From: Octopus sinensis
Taxonomy: Eukaryota
Assembly (NCBI RefSeq): GCF_006345805.1
Contig: NC_043004.1
Location: 55,428,001 to 55,492,000, forward strand
DNA: 64,000 nucleotides
Direction: 5' to 3'
Of this stretch, positions 39,320 to 54,006 are shown piece by piece; the first letter of the stretch is position 1, and every line of letters begins with the position of its first letter. A model generated the notes under the pieces. That model was not told the origin of the DNA. It worked only from the letters and a program-made list of their open reading frames with translations, and made no database searches. A program made the translations under genes and the position numbers.

Positions 39320-40410
39320 AAGATGGAGAATATTAAAGGTTTTGCGCCATCTGTTCGTGTATGCGCTTATACAGTTTCTGCGCAAGACTTTCACAAGCAT
39401 TATCAATGTGAGTTACGCTTTCGACCCTCTTCCCACACATTCTGCAGAGGTTCGGTGCGCTTGTGTGGTATATATCCCTTTTCACTGAGTTGGTATTCAA
39501 TGCCTGATACTGCGCAGCGATGATTAGGCTTTCAGTCTTCTTTTTAAGTCACCCTTGCTGAGGTACTTCCATGATGTTTCCTAGTCTTTTAATTACATGG
39601 AACTGACCATGCAATTCCATGCAGGGTAGAGTTTCTTCTCTGTCGGCTATTCGTGTTCGGAACTGATTAGCACTCTCAAGTCCATTTTTGGTCAATCCTT
39701 CTGCATTAACAGCCTGCTGCAGCAGGTATTATTTGCTTTTTACCAAGTATTCTATTATGTTTCTTCTTTCTATGTTGATGCAATCCCTTACGCTAGTCAG
39801 CCCACGTCCAACTTTACATCTCTTCGTGTAGAGCCTGTGAACGTTCGCCTTAGAGTGGAGGGCGCCATGCATTGTCATGGTCTTTTGGATTGTGTGATCG
39901 AGTTGGTTAATCTCCGCTCGTTTCCATTTCAGGATGGGTGCACTGTAGAGAACTACGGCAACAGCCCATATGTTGATGACAGTACAAGGTTCCCTGAGTT
40001 GAATTTTTATTTCAAGAGAAGTTTAAGGTGCTTGAAATATGCAGTGATGACGTTCTCTTTCATTTCTCTGTGCAAGATATTGTCCATCTCCAGGATTTCA
40101 AGGTACATGTACCCATCATCATCCAAGTCTTCCATTCTCTCTCCGTTTGACAATTCTATGCTCTTACAATCTACTTTTTCCCCCGTTTCAAATTGTACTC
40201 CGCACACTTCGAGATACCGGATTCCATCCCTATATCCTTGCTGTACATCTATATATTTTCAACCAGCCTTTCTATTTCAGACTCTGTTTTTGCAAACAAT
40301 TTAAAATCATCTATGAAGAGAAGGTGTATGAGACGAGGTCACTTCTTTTTCAGCTCATAGTGCGTGATGACTTTGCGCAGGACTACAAAAAGTGGGAGCA
40401 AGGCTTTAAC
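39310..40410 (-). mobile_element. R4/Dong-clade RT fragment between (TAA)n tracts
   Basis: CKSIELSNGERMEDLDDDGYMYLEILEMDNILHREMKENV..AYFKHLKLLLK is the R4/Dong post-RT region; both flanks are (TTA)n. Confidence 0.7.
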
Positions 40411-40411
40411 A

Positions 40412-40468
<57 letters not shown>

Positions 40469-41099
40469 GAGTGAGAAAGCAGTGCATGCCATCAAAATGA
40501 CACTGAGGCAAAATATACGAAGCCCAGTACACCCATCATGACTACCTGTCTGATAAGAGTACACCAGGCACAAGCATCACAAACGTGTGTGCGCGACATA
40601 GTGATCTCATATCAAGACAAACAGCGCATGACCTTGCAGGTGGGACCCAGTTAGAATTTTTTACAGGTCGTGTATCTCATCGCACTCAAAAGGCCCCTGA
40701 ATAAGAGTTGATTGAGGATATTGAACGAAGTGTCCACGTGTCCAAAGGTAAATTATCCAAGCCCCAAAGAACTCCTCTCAACGCATGGCTATGGTGCACT
40801 CCCACTACTTCTGCTCGTGGTCAGAGGTGCACATATCGCCAGTCATTAAGGGACATGCTCAACTGCTTAAGGTCAAACAACTGACAAGCAAATCTGTGGT
40901 ATTGAGCTGAATATTTGCTGTAGCCTATCTTATACCAACACAAAACAATGTAAATGATAACATTTCCAATCAGTTAAGATAAAAAGTCATGAGAACCACT
41001 GCCAGGTACTGTATCAGGGCATTTATTGCAATTATTGTTGCTGTTCTTGTTGTTGTTGTTATTATTATCATTATCATTATTATTATTAATATTCTTCTT

Positions 41100-41210
<111 letters not shown>

Positions 41211-41261
41211 TACTATTATTATTATTATATTATTATTATTATTATTATTTATTATTATTAT

Positions 41262-41659
41262 TCAGTAGTTTTATTTTTATATCGTGCTTTCACTTCACTA
41301 CCGAGCGCAGCTCTGTGTGCCTTAGGTATGTGCTGTGATTTGTTGTGATGATCTGATGGTTACTGTATTGTAAGTGTTCTGCGTAGGATGTGTGCAATTT
41401 TCTGTATGTTATATGTGTTTGTAAGTCCTGGTGTTTTTGTTATGTATTTGTCTGAATATTTTTTATCATGCCTAATGCACCTACTATGATAGGAATTGTT
41501 TCTGTTTTTAGATTCCACATTCTGGTTACCTCTATTTCTAGGTCTTTGTATTTTGAAAGTTTCTCCATTTCTTTTAGAGACACGTTGTCATCTGCCGGTA
41601 TTGATACATCAATTAGAAAGCATTTTTTTCTTCATGATCTCTGACAACTATATCTGGTC

Positions 41660-41660
<1 letters not shown>
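41262..41660 (-). mobile_element. R4/Dong-clade 3' fragment (same subfamily as 8700-10003)
   Basis: Collinear with 8700-9120 (cagtagttttatttttat..cttcactaccgagcgcagctctgtg); flanked by (TTA)n. Confidence 0.78.
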
Positions 41661-41727
<67 letters not shown>

Positions 41728-41942
41728 TTGTGGTTAGCATGATGGACGAAATGCTTAGCGGCATTTCGTTCGCCATTACGTTCTGGGTATAATTTCCGCC
41801 AAGTTCGACTTCGCCTTTCATTCCTTGGGGTTGATGAAGTCAGTAACAGTTACGTACTGGGGTTGATGTAATCGACTAGAGCCTTCCTCCAAAATTTCAG
41901 GCCTTGTACCTATAGTAGAAAGGATTATTATTATTATTAATG

Positions 41943-42011
<69 letters not shown>

Positions 42012-42013
42012 TG

Positions 42014-42103
<90 letters not shown>

Positions 42104-42106
<3 letters not shown>

Positions 42107-43040
42107 CCTCTCTATGGCAAATACCCAAAGAGAGCGAATAATGCAGATATCGACAAAGCCCTGACCCATCAATGGCTAATGGCCTCTGGCTTAAAATCTG
42201 AAACAGAGGGGTTTATCATAGCAGCTCAAGATCAATGCCTACCAACAAGAAACTACCAGGCCAACATATTAAAGATCAGAAGCAGTTCAACGTGTCGTGT
42301 ATGCAAGCAACAAAATGAAACCATTGACCATGTGGTCTCCAAGTGCAGTCTTCTAGCGCCTACAGAGTATCTCAACAGGCACGATAGAGCTGCACAATAT
42401 ATTCACTGGGTAATCTGTAAAAACCTGGATTTGCCCCATGAAAAAAACTGGTGGGAACACAAACCACCCCCAGTGCTTGAAAATGACCACATCTCACTCC
42501 TCTGGAACTTCACCATTCAAACTGACAGGAAGATAGATGCAAATAGGCCAGACATCATATTGAAAGACTTCAAGCAAAGAACATGCCTCCTCATTGATAT
42601 GACTGTCCCAATCGATATAAACGTATCTGTCAGGACCTACCAAAAACTGAGCAAATATAAAGATCTTGAAATAGAAATCAGTAAAATGTGGAAGCTGAAG
42701 ACTAAAACAATACCTGTTGTCATAGGTGCCCTGGGAATGATAGCAAAAGGGGCTGATAGCTACCTAACTCAGATACCAGGAAACCCAAAAATGGCAGAAG
42801 TTCAAAAGATAGTGCTCATGGGAACTGCTCATATCCTACGCAAAATACTCTCTATGTAACCTCAAGGTTTAAAACAACCATAATTTTTTTAGACATTCAT
42901 TAGTACAAAATCCCCACCCCCCAAATATATGGCACACTAGGCATAACAACAACATGAACTTCCAACCCTGTTGTCTCTTGAGGTCTCTGGGTGAGACTTG
43001 GAGCCAACTTGTACAAATATAAAGCAAAAGTCAAACATAG
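42104..43040 (+). mobile_element. R4/Dong-clade 3' end: CCHC zinc finger and restriction-like endonuclease
   Basis: KPLYGKY...LKSETEGFIIAAQDQ.LPTRNY...CRVCKQQNETIDHVVSKC...RHD...NRPDIIL...LIDMTVP...K.SKYKDLEIEI; begins and ends in (AAT)n. Confidence 0.9.
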
Positions 43041-44427
43041 AATAATAATAATAATAATAATAATCATAATCATAATAATAATAATAATCATAAGTGCCTA
43101 CACTGTTTGTTCCAAGTACTTCTCGAGATTTTTGCCCACTGTTTCCAGTGCACCGATAATTATTGGTACTACTGCTACCTTTTTCAGCGACCACAACTGC
43201 TTAACTTCCCAAGCTAACCTGTCTTATCTCTCGACTTCTCTGTCTTCCTTATCGCATACCTTGTTGGCAGCTAGGCATGCTATGTCTATGATCCAGCATA
43301 GTTTTTTTTCTTTCTCAATTAAGACTATGTCCGGCTTCCTCTTCTCTATCTCATGGTCGCACTGAATCATAAAATTCCATAGGATCTTTGCATTTCTATT
43401 TTCGATGATGCCTTCAGGTTTGTGGTAGTACCAATTTTTTGCTCTGTCAAGTCCATACTTGTTGCAAAGTGTCCAATGGACAAGCCTAAATATATTGTCG
43501 TGGCGTCTCTTATATTCCTTCTGGGTTTGTGACGTACATTGGCTGGTAATATGTCATACGGTTTCACCATTCTGTCCACAGGTTCTGCACTTATCACTTT
43601 CTGTTGTGTTGTCTATTCTGTATTTTATGTAGCTTGTTCTTAGTGTTTGCTCTTGGGCAGCACAGATTAGAGACCCCGTTTCCGGTTTTAAATCACTTTT
43701 AGTCATCCACAGCCATTTTTTTCTCTGTGTGTCTCATCTTCAACATCTCTATGAAATTGACCATGCATTCTTTTCTTTACCCACCTATTTTCAGTTTCAA
43801 GCCTGACCTTCTTACTTCTTATAATAGCGATTCTGAGGTATTTTTTACATACCATGCTATGCTGTTTTTTTCTGCTCTAATGCTGTGTTCGCATCCAATA
43901 AGCGCTCTTCCCAATGCGGTGAGCTAGCATAATCATAGGCACGCCGGGAAAATGCTTAGCGGCATTTCGTTCGTCTTTACGTTCTGGGTTCAAACTTCGC
44001 CGAGGTTGACTTTGACTTTCATTCTTTCGGGATGGATGAAATAAGTACCAGTTGACCACTGGAGCCAATATAATCAACTTGCTACCTTCTCCAAAACCGC
44101 TGGTCGTGTGCCAAAATTTGAAACCATCATCATTATTATTGCTAAGAACGGTGCAATTGAATAATTGTTACAGCGTCGGAGAAGCCGCTAAGCGGTATTT
44201 ATTTGAGTTCTTTACTTTCTGACTTCAAATCGCGCTTTGGACTTGATCAAAAAAGTACCACTTGACTCCTTCCTCTCAAAACTACGGGCCTAAACCAAGC
44301 AATTTTTAGGCATTTATTTTGGTTCTTTACGTTCTCTGATACTACTACTACTACTACTACTATACTACTACTACTACTACTACTACTACTGCTGCTGCTG
44401 CTACTACTACTTGTTTTCCATTTTCAG

Positions 44428-44571
44428 AGGAGAAATTATACGACGTATTCATTTCGTATAAATCTTCAGATACAGACGAATCTTGGGTGAAAAACATTCT
44501 GTTTCCGAAAATCGAAGATGACATGGGGCTGAAAGCATGTATTCACTTTCGGGACTTCGTCCCGGGTGAGA
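44428..44571 (+). CDS. EGF-TM-TIR receptor, exon 3 (TIR box 1 to BB loop)
   Basis: Acceptor ttgttttccattttcAG (44426-44427) and donor gagA|GTAAGT (44572); 144 nt, phase 1-1. It reads (E)EKLYDVFISYKSSDTDESWVKNILFPKIEDDMGLKACIHFRDFVPGE, with TIR box 1 (YDVFISY) and box 2 (CIHFRDFVPG). Confidence 0.93.
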
Positions 44572-44676
44572 GTAAGTATCGATCTGTCTTCATTGTTCTT
44601 CGACTTTCGAATAATGTTGGTCTAGTGTGAGTGGAATATACCAGTTTAGAGATACCATTGATGATCAAATTTTACG

Positions 44677-44752
<76 letters not shown>

Positions 44753-45589
44753 CGTGTGTGTGTGTGTGTTGTAAATTAGAGGGGATCGGGTACGTCAAAA
44801 TAAATTTGGTGACATATCACCTGAAAATATTCAGAGGTGTATCACCTGAAGAAATTACAATTTGAGAAAATAAGAATTTGCAGAATGTTACATATTGAAA
44901 GCATATAAAATGTTGTTTAAAACTATAAAGCCAAAGCACTCTCAATTTTTTTCTGGAGGAAAATACTATCCAAATTCTTGAAACTCGCATCTAGATAGGT
45001 AATGAAATAGAAGGCATTGCAATATTCAAATTTATTGAAACTCAAAAACAAATAAGATAATAATTGAAAATGAAATATATATAGAGAGAGAGTCAGAAAC
45101 CCCTGTTCAAAATTATAACGCCAGGTTGAATAATGTTCTCACGGAATATATCAGCAATAGAGTGTTTAACCACCACCTTTCTGAACTGCTTCAAAAACAC
45201 GCGATTTCATACTCCCAATTAGCTTCTGCAGCGGGTCAAGTGGAAGCTCTTACCAAGCCTCCTTTATTCCCGTTTCAAGTTCATCAAAAGATGAATAGTG
45301 CTTGCCTTCGCTGTACACAACTTTCGTGAGATATCCCCAGGATTAAGGTGGGGCTTCTTGCTGGCCATGGTATTACTTCAACCCCGATTGCAAGGAGGAA
45401 ATCCGAAGTTGCTCTTGCTTTATGAATAGGAGCGTTGTCCTATAGAAATATGAAGTTCTCGCTACAGAGCCTCCCTTCTTCGTCATTATGAGCCCTACCA
45501 AACATATCGATGCTGCAACTGCCTGACGTCTACCTTTTAAAAAGTCATGCACTTAGTCTCCTAGTTATTCTGCAATACCAATGTATAAA

Positions 45590-45880
45590 ATGCATGATCA
45601 ACTTTGTCAAAGGCCTTGGTAAAGTCGAGATATATCAAGTCCACATTTGAGTGGTTCGGCTACTGTTTCAGTACCCAGCCATAATGCTGTAGTGGCTGTA
45701 GAGACAGCTCCTTCCTGGACGGAAACCATGTTGTGGGATTGTGAGCAAGTTATTTTCTTCCAGGAACGTGATCGACCACCTTCTGACAATGCGTTCTATG
45801 GCCTTGCTAACACGTGAAGTCAGAAAGCCTCTAATTTTAGCATCTGCTCTGTTTCTTCCTTCCATACAAAACTGAACGTA
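45590..45880 (-). mobile_element. CR1-group LINE RT fragment (relative of 1501-4789)
   Basis: Minus strand reads SKAIERIVRR...FLEENNLL...QHGFRPGRSC...YLDFTKAFDKVDH. Confidence 0.8.
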
Positions 45881-45979
45881 ATGAGAAGTAGCTGAAATGG
45901 AAAGCAAGTATATAGTGTATGTGTTTGATTGGCAAAACTATGACTATCCTCTAATAAAACTATATCTATCCATCCATCC

Positions 45980-46072
<93 letters not shown>

Positions 46073-46092
46073 CCTCTCTCTCTCTCTATATA

Positions 46093-46128
<36 letters not shown>

Positions 46129-46150
46129 TGTATGTATGTATGTATGTATG

Positions 46151-46227
<77 letters not shown>

Positions 46228-46269
46228 AGTGTGAATATTTTAATCAATGATTTTCTTGTATATTTACAG

Positions 46270-46601
46270 CTATTTCAAACAATATCATAGAATGCATACA
46301 AAACAGCAGAAGAACGCTTCTGGTGCTAACCAATGATTATATAGACAGCGAGTGGACCCGGATGGAATACCAAGTAGCCCAACAGGAAATGTTAAAACTT
46401 CGTCACAGAATTATTCCTGTTATTCTCGGTAATTTCAAGGATTTAGACATCAAAGATAAAAATCTAAAATATATTCTGGAAACAGTGACCTACCTAAAAT
46501 GGCCAACAGACCCAGGCAGCACACATCTTCAAACTGCATTCTGGAACAATCTACAGAAGACTTTACGAAAGAAATGCCAATCAAAGCTAGTTTCTGTCTA
46601 A
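46270..46601 (+). CDS. EGF-TM-TIR receptor, terminal coding exon (TIR C-terminal half, stop)
   Basis: Acceptor ttcttgtatatttacAG (46268-46269). It reads (T)[52 protein letters not shown]...YLKWP...[10 protein letters not shown]...SV*, with the SRRTLLVL strand, the SEW..E helix and the box-3 FW. In frame with ORF 46323-46601. Confidence 0.93.
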
Positions 46602-47795
46602 TTTTCTTGGAACTGTCTGCTATGAATTTTATTTCATATTTATTTTACATTTATATAGTCTATAAGAGAGGTTATCGCAGGATGAATATCGCATAATTGA
46701 GCTTTCCGTAATGTAGCTACATTAAACATGATACACAGATTACTACTTTGATCATGTGCATGTGTTTTATCATGTGTTTGTCAGTGTATCGGATGTTAAT
46801 ATTGTAACTGCTGTTAGTGGGTAGTTTGTGTGTCTATATATTCGTGAAGACATCTTTTCTTGACCAGTAATCATTCATTCAAAATGAATGTGCGTTTATG
46901 CATTTATCTGTATGTGTGTATCTGCGTATGTGTGTGTGTGTGTGCGCGTGTGTGAGAGAGAGAGAGAGAAAGAAAGAGAGAGAGAGAGAGAGAATGGATA
47001 AGTGGAAACATTTAACATCTCTCACTTATATTTTCTTCCTGTTCTGGAATAATAGAAAATATCGTACCTATTTCTAACTAGGTGAAATGTACCTCATTAT
47101 GGTACCTATTTCTATCGGGCCACGTTACAGTGGCGGATAATTTGCCTTCCTGTATTTTCTTAATTTTTTTCTGAAATTAAATTGAATCTAAATATATTTG
47201 CATACCCTGAATTACGAATAACTATGGATGAAAAATCGCAAATGTATTTTAAAGTTATACGTGTTTTATTTTCCCCAAAGACATAGGAGTATACTGCCGA
47301 TGATTGTAATATAACAAACTTGAATTAAATTAATTTTTTTTAAATGGTTTATTTAATTTGTATTTTTTTATTTTTTTATTTTATCTAGTTTCAGCTCACG
47401 AGCTGTGGCCATTCTGGGGCACCGCCATGCTGTGGCCATGCTGGGGCACCGCCATGTTGAACATGAAACTAGTTCAGTATTAACCGCAGTAATTTTAAAA
47501 TAAACATTATCCGTCTCGCTTGCCCTTACAGTTTATTTCATACCAAGGCAAATTGTTCATATTTTATTTAAACATTGATTATCCAACACGCATAGAAGCT
47601 TAGTTTTTTAACTGCTCCCCTCTCTTTCTTTCTCTCTCTGTATATATATATAATGTATGTATAGGCGCAGGCGTGGTTGTGTGGTAAGAGCTTGCTTCTC
47701 AACTATATGGTTCCGAAGTCCAGTCTCATTGCGTGGCACCTTGGGCAAATCCTTGTGAGTGGAGTTGGTAGACGGAAACTGAAAAGAATCCCGTC

Positions 47796-47831
<36 letters not shown>

Positions 47832-49255
47832 TTATAAATATGTAAGTATATATCTATGTGCGTGTGTGTATTTGTGATTGTCCCCTCCCTATCACCATTT
47901 GACAACAGGTGTTGGTTTGTTGATGTCCCCGTAACTTAGCGGTTTAACAAAAGGATTTGATAGAATAAGGCTTTAAAAAATAAATCCTGGGTCGATTTGT
48001 TTCACTAAAACCCTTCAAGGTGGTGTCCCAGCATGGCCGCAGTCAAATGACTGAAACAAGTAAAAGAATAAAAGAATACATATATGCATGTATTATATAC
48101 ATACATATGCACACGCACAAATACACACAGACAGACAGACACACACACATATCTATGTATACATTATGCTTTAACGAGGATAGTATGGACAGTCAATTGG
48201 AAGTTTCATCCAGTTAAGCCATTATCTGAAGACCATGCAAATGTCTTTATGTATGGTAACCCAGTTACAAACACGAATGTTTTTGTGGCATTCCTTCCTC
48301 AATTTCAGCCATCCTCTGTCTCTATTGAATGCCTCCTCTCCTCTGTTATTTTTATTCCTTCCTCTCTTCCTTTCTCTCCTTTTCTTTATTATAGCCCTTT
48401 CCCTAATCATCATCCAAATATGCATGTAACTGGTGACAGTTCGGTATTCATATGTGATATGTTGTGATATTGTAGCATATCTATTTGGCTACCATTTCAG
48501 TCCAATTCAGAACTTGTTCTATTGTTGACGCCGATAAGGAGTTTTGTTGTTTACTCTTTTCACGCCAACGGTAGTTGCTCTGCGGGAAACAAACTGATGG
48601 AAAGTTGGTGTATATCAATAAGTTTTAAAGCAGTATCTCGTTGAGGAATTTGTTAACTCTGTTCTTTCTCGAAATAACAATCGACAGGGTATTCCCATAC
48701 GTAACATAGATTCGGTGTATAATTTCACTAAAGCCTTTGATACCATCGATTTATTTTTCTACGACTAACTAATTGAAATATTAATCAATAAGGACTAAAT
48801 ATTTCATGCCTATGTAAAGAAATAATCTACGCACATAGATTGAATTGATATGAGTTGGACAAGAATAGAAGGTAATGTACTTGATAGTGAAGTCCTATTC
48901 TCTTGCAATGATGGCATCCATTTCTGAGTATAGCCCCTAAAGCCTGAAACTTCAGCATGGAATAGCATTCTTATGTCTTTGTGCGCTGAATGTAATGCGA
49001 TAAGGATTCCTCCAAGGGGGTTCAATATTTCCATCTTTATAAATTGTTACTCTGCCAATTGTATATAAGTAATAACGGAATTGATAATATTCTCTAAACT
49101 TACAAAATCACTTAAAATTTAAAGTTTAATTTTTAGATTAGTGGTATAAGACGACTCCAAATAATTAGTGTAAATTTTAGGATTTAAAGGTCATCTTATA
49201 GGTGGAAATATACGGTATTATATGTATAATGTTATATATATATATATATATATAT

Positions 49256-50586
49256 AACGATTTAGGAGTGACCCCAACAGGTCACTCGTCCACAGAAAGA
49301 GCACCATAACTGAATCACACCGCCAAGTATTATTATTCAGAATTAGGTGAAAATTTAAAAACATTTACCCTAATTCATCCTTTAGACGTAGCAACCGTTT
49401 TCTGTGTCATTAATGATTAAATTATCTTATTAAATGAAATTAAGTCAATCTACCATAGGTTACACTTCATCAGTAAAGACCTGGGAGAGACAAATATACA
49501 CGAGGCGTCTGTATCGAAGCCTACTGGGATATCTGACTTAAAATTTTCAAGACTGACGTATTCGCCCAAGTATCACAGTAAATATATACTGCCGTTCAAT
49601 CTCAGAATTATTCAGAAAATTATCAATTAGTCAATTTAGGGTAGCAAAAAATTCAATAGAAATTTATCGCAACCAGCGGCCTGGTGAAAAAAGAGAAATA
49701 GTCATCGACTAATATTAATATAACGATTTAGGAGTGACCCCAACAGGTCACTCGTCCACCAGAAGAGCAGCCATAACTCACACCGCAAGTATTATTAATT
49801 CAGAAATTAGGTGAAAATTTAAAAACATTTACCCTAATTCACCATCCTTTAGACGTAGCAACGTTTGTGTCATTAATGATTAAATTAGCTTAATTAATTA
49901 AATTAAGTCATCTACCATAGGTACACTTCAATCAGTAAAGACCTGGGAGAGACAAATAACACGAGCGCGTCTGTATCGAAGCCTACGGGATATCTGGACT
50001 TAAAATTTTCAAGACTGACGTATTCGCGCCAAACTTATCACAGTAAATATATACTGCCGATTCAATCTCAGAATTATTCAAGAAAATTATCATTAGTCAA
50101 TTAGGGTAGCAAAAAATTCATAGAAATTTATCGCAACCAGCGCCTGGTGAAAAGAGAAAATAGTCATCGACTAATATATATATATAACGATTTAGGAGTG
50201 ACCCCAACAGTCCTAAATTTTTAGTCAGATATCCCGTAGGCTTCGATACAGACGCCTCGTTATATTTGTCTCTCCCAGGTCTTTACTGAGGAAGTTACCC
50301 ATGGTATTGACTTAATTTATTTAATTAAGCTAATTTAATCATTAATGACACAGAACGTTGCTACGTCTAAAGATGAATTAGGGTAAATGTTTTTAAATTT
50401 TCACCTAATTTCTGATTAATAATACTTGGCGGTTGAGTTATGGCTGCTCTTTCTGGTGGACGAGTTACCTTTTGGGGTCACTCCTAAATCGTTATATTTA
50501 TATATTTACGATGACTTTTTCTCTTTTTCACCAGGCCGCTGGTTGCGATAAATTCTATTGAATTTTTGTTTGCTACCCTAAATTGA

Positions 50587-50590
<4 letters not shown>
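49256..50590. repeat. ~465-bp unit in tandem (49256, 49722, 50186) plus an inverted copy, each with a hammerhead-like core
   Basis: Units start aacgatttaggagtgaccccaacag. The inverted copy spans 50213-50590. Copies differ by many 1-2 nt indels. Bounded by (TA)n on both sides. Confidence 0.8.
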
Positions 50591-50624
<34 letters not shown>

Positions 50625-51279
50625 TCTAAGTGTAAAGTATTATATATCCATTACGGCTGACCTTATCAATCAGTTTTGCACAAGTGTTTCAAGTGAGTGT
50701 AAGGTAACAGTCTGATTATGTAACCATGCGCTGATCAGAGGTAGCCATTATGGGATATTTCTCTTCTTTTGTGACTGTGTAGAGTGTACCGCCGAGAAAC
50801 GCAGCTATATAACAAAAGATGCGGACAACCTATTGCAATATACTCTGCATGTCGAATGACCCCGTAGAGCAAGCATGGGCAACCTGCTTTCAGAAGCTGG
50901 CCGTACTTAATATCGTTCATCATCCAATGGCTGTACTACCAAAGATAAAATTTTTTAAATTCAAGGTGAATAGATAGATAGATAGATAGATAGATGCATA
51001 AATGCATGCATACAGACATATACACACACAAATTTAATTGTGTATAGGTATACTTTTTTACTCTTTACTCTTTTACTTGTTTCAGTCATTTGACTGCGGC
51101 CATGCTGGAGCACCGCCTTTAGTCGATCAAATCGACCCCGGGACTTATTCTTTGTAAGCCCAGTACTTATTCTATCGGTCTCTTTTGCCGAACCGCTAAG
51201 TGACGGGGACGTAAACACACCAGCATCGGTTGTCAAGCAATGTTAGGGGGACAAACACAGACACACAACACACACACAC

Positions 51280-51336
<57 letters not shown>

Positions 51337-51551
51337 TACGACAGGCTTCTTTCAGTTTCCGTCTACCAAATCCACTCACAAGGCATTGTCGGCCCGGGGC
51401 TATAGCAGAAGACACTTGCCCAAGATGCCACGCAGTGGGACTGAACCCGCAACCATGTTGTGTTAGCAAGCTACTTACCACAAGCCACTCCTGCGCCTAT
51501 GTATATTATATATATATATATATATACGTCTATATTATGCATATTTGTGCG

Positions 51552-51592
<41 letters not shown>

Positions 51593-51635
51593 ATATATAT
51601 ATATATACTATATATATATATATTATATATATATG

Positions 51636-51674
<39 letters not shown>

Positions 51675-52019
51675 CGTCTATATATGCATATTTGTGCGTA
51701 TGAGTGTGTGCAGCTGAATATGATTGTATAGGTGTATATTTGTGTATCTGCATAGGATTTTCTGTGTATATATATATGCGTGTATCAACGTATGCATGAA
51801 TGTGTGTGTGTATGTATGTGTGTGTGTGTGTGTGTGTATGTGTTGTGTGTGTGTGTGTGTGTGTATTCGTGTTTATACATGTATATATCTATATAAATAT
51901 AGACATACAAGTGGCTTCTGCTATAGCCTCGGAATGACCAAAACCCATGGAGTGGGTCTGGTAGATGGAAACTGAAAGAAACCAGTCGTGTATATACATA
52001 CATACATACATACATACAT

Positions 52020-52051
<32 letters not shown>

Positions 52052-52065
52052 CCATACATATATAT

Positions 52066-52143
<78 letters not shown>

Positions 52144-53041
52144 CATACATATATTATAAATCTGAAATGCGAAAAGTTGTTTGTCTGGTTTTGGCATTGA
52201 CGGCCACTAGATCCCGTCGGATTGACTCCAAAATTTACAGGGACATGTAAAATGAGGTGAGAATGTTAGTGGGCTAGGTTAGAAATCCCCATTTTAAAAG
52301 GTATCGTTGCTAGGGCCAAAAACTCACTTTGACAAGTCTACTCTCATTCTTTTACGTATCTGTCTTCCTCCGTCACTCATTCTCTTTCCTCCCTTCCCAT
52401 CACATATATAACGTTGTTTCACGGCGTTTATCTCCCTTATCTTCACTTTCTCTTTATGACGTCGTGTCACGGCGTCCTCAATCTCCCCCTCCTCCCCGCC
52501 TTCGACAGCGCTTTCACACACACTCTCTCTCTCTCTACGTCTGTCTGCATTCATAGGGAGAATTATCATCGCCACAACCACCACCACACAATCATGAGAA
52601 CAAATATTACGAATCAGATATTTATTGGGTTAATTTATATATGTGTGAGTGTGTGTGTGTTCTATATATAAATATGTATATATAATGTATATATACAAAG
52701 TGTATATATCTGTATTTATGTATATTAAACTTTTTAATACTTTTTGATAGTTACATATATTTAAAAAAATTATAAATATAAATTAATAATTTTAATTTTA
52801 AATTTAAATAATTTAAATTTTTTAATTTTATATTTTATATATTTTGTACATTATATTTTTATTTTTATGTTTTGGGTTATGTTTTTCACTGTTTAATTTG
52901 CCTAATAGTGGTTTTATCTCTAATTTAACTTATATACATATATATTTAACTTATATACATATATATATATATGTATATGTATATATATGATTTGTATATA
53001 TAATGCGTACACACACACACTCACATATAGATATATATGCG

Positions 53042-53073
<32 letters not shown>

Positions 53074-53147
53074 TATATATATATATAATTGTATATATAA
53101 TGCGTACACACACACACACACACACTCACATATAGATATATAATGCG

Positions 53148-53179
<32 letters not shown>

Positions 53180-53975
53180 ATATATATATATAATGTGTGC
53201 ATTATGTGGTCGGTTGTGCTGAAAATATGCACACCTATGTTAAAAGTGCTGGCAAGTTTGCATGACAACTATTTTTTCCCTCAAATTAAAGGCGTGACCT
53301 CTAGGACAAAATTCCTCATCTTATAAAATGTGGCCCGAGTAGACTCAAATGAAATCGGGTTATATTAACCAAAATGTGAAAAGGGGTCTAAATGGGGCTG
53401 GAAGGTGATTAAAATTTACCAGCCTTTAAATCGTTAATGTGTTGCTGTCGATGATGAAGAAGTTTTGAATGCTTGCCATGGTGAGTCTACTGTCGTGAGA
53501 ACGAATCACTTCAAAACTTGGTGTTTGGGAATTTTCTTTTACAACAAGTTCAAAATTTTACGCCAGCCGTTAAACTGCCACTACGTTGCTGTCCGTTGTT
53601 AACAAATGCCAGCCATGGTGACTCTACTATCCTCAGATTCTATCCCTTCAAACTTTGGTTTCCAATATTCTTTTAAATTTTTATTCAGCTCGCAAGTTCG
53701 TCTGTCCCTTTTAAATGTTAGTGTTTTGCTGTCTGCCTTGAAGCAGACCTTTCCGTTGTCACTGCCTGATATTTATGATTGATCTTTCAAAATATTTTAC
53801 TTTCTCAACTTACTCAAGATCTTTTGTTGTTTATAAATGGGAGAGAGATAGATAGAGAAAGATAGAGAGTCCGAGAGAAAGGAAGAGTAAGAGAGTGGGA
53901 AAGTGAGAGAGAAAGGAGAGAGAAACAAAGAGGGAGAATGCGTAGAGCGGGTCACCTTAAGCTAGTATATATATA

Positions 53976-54006
<31 letters not shown>

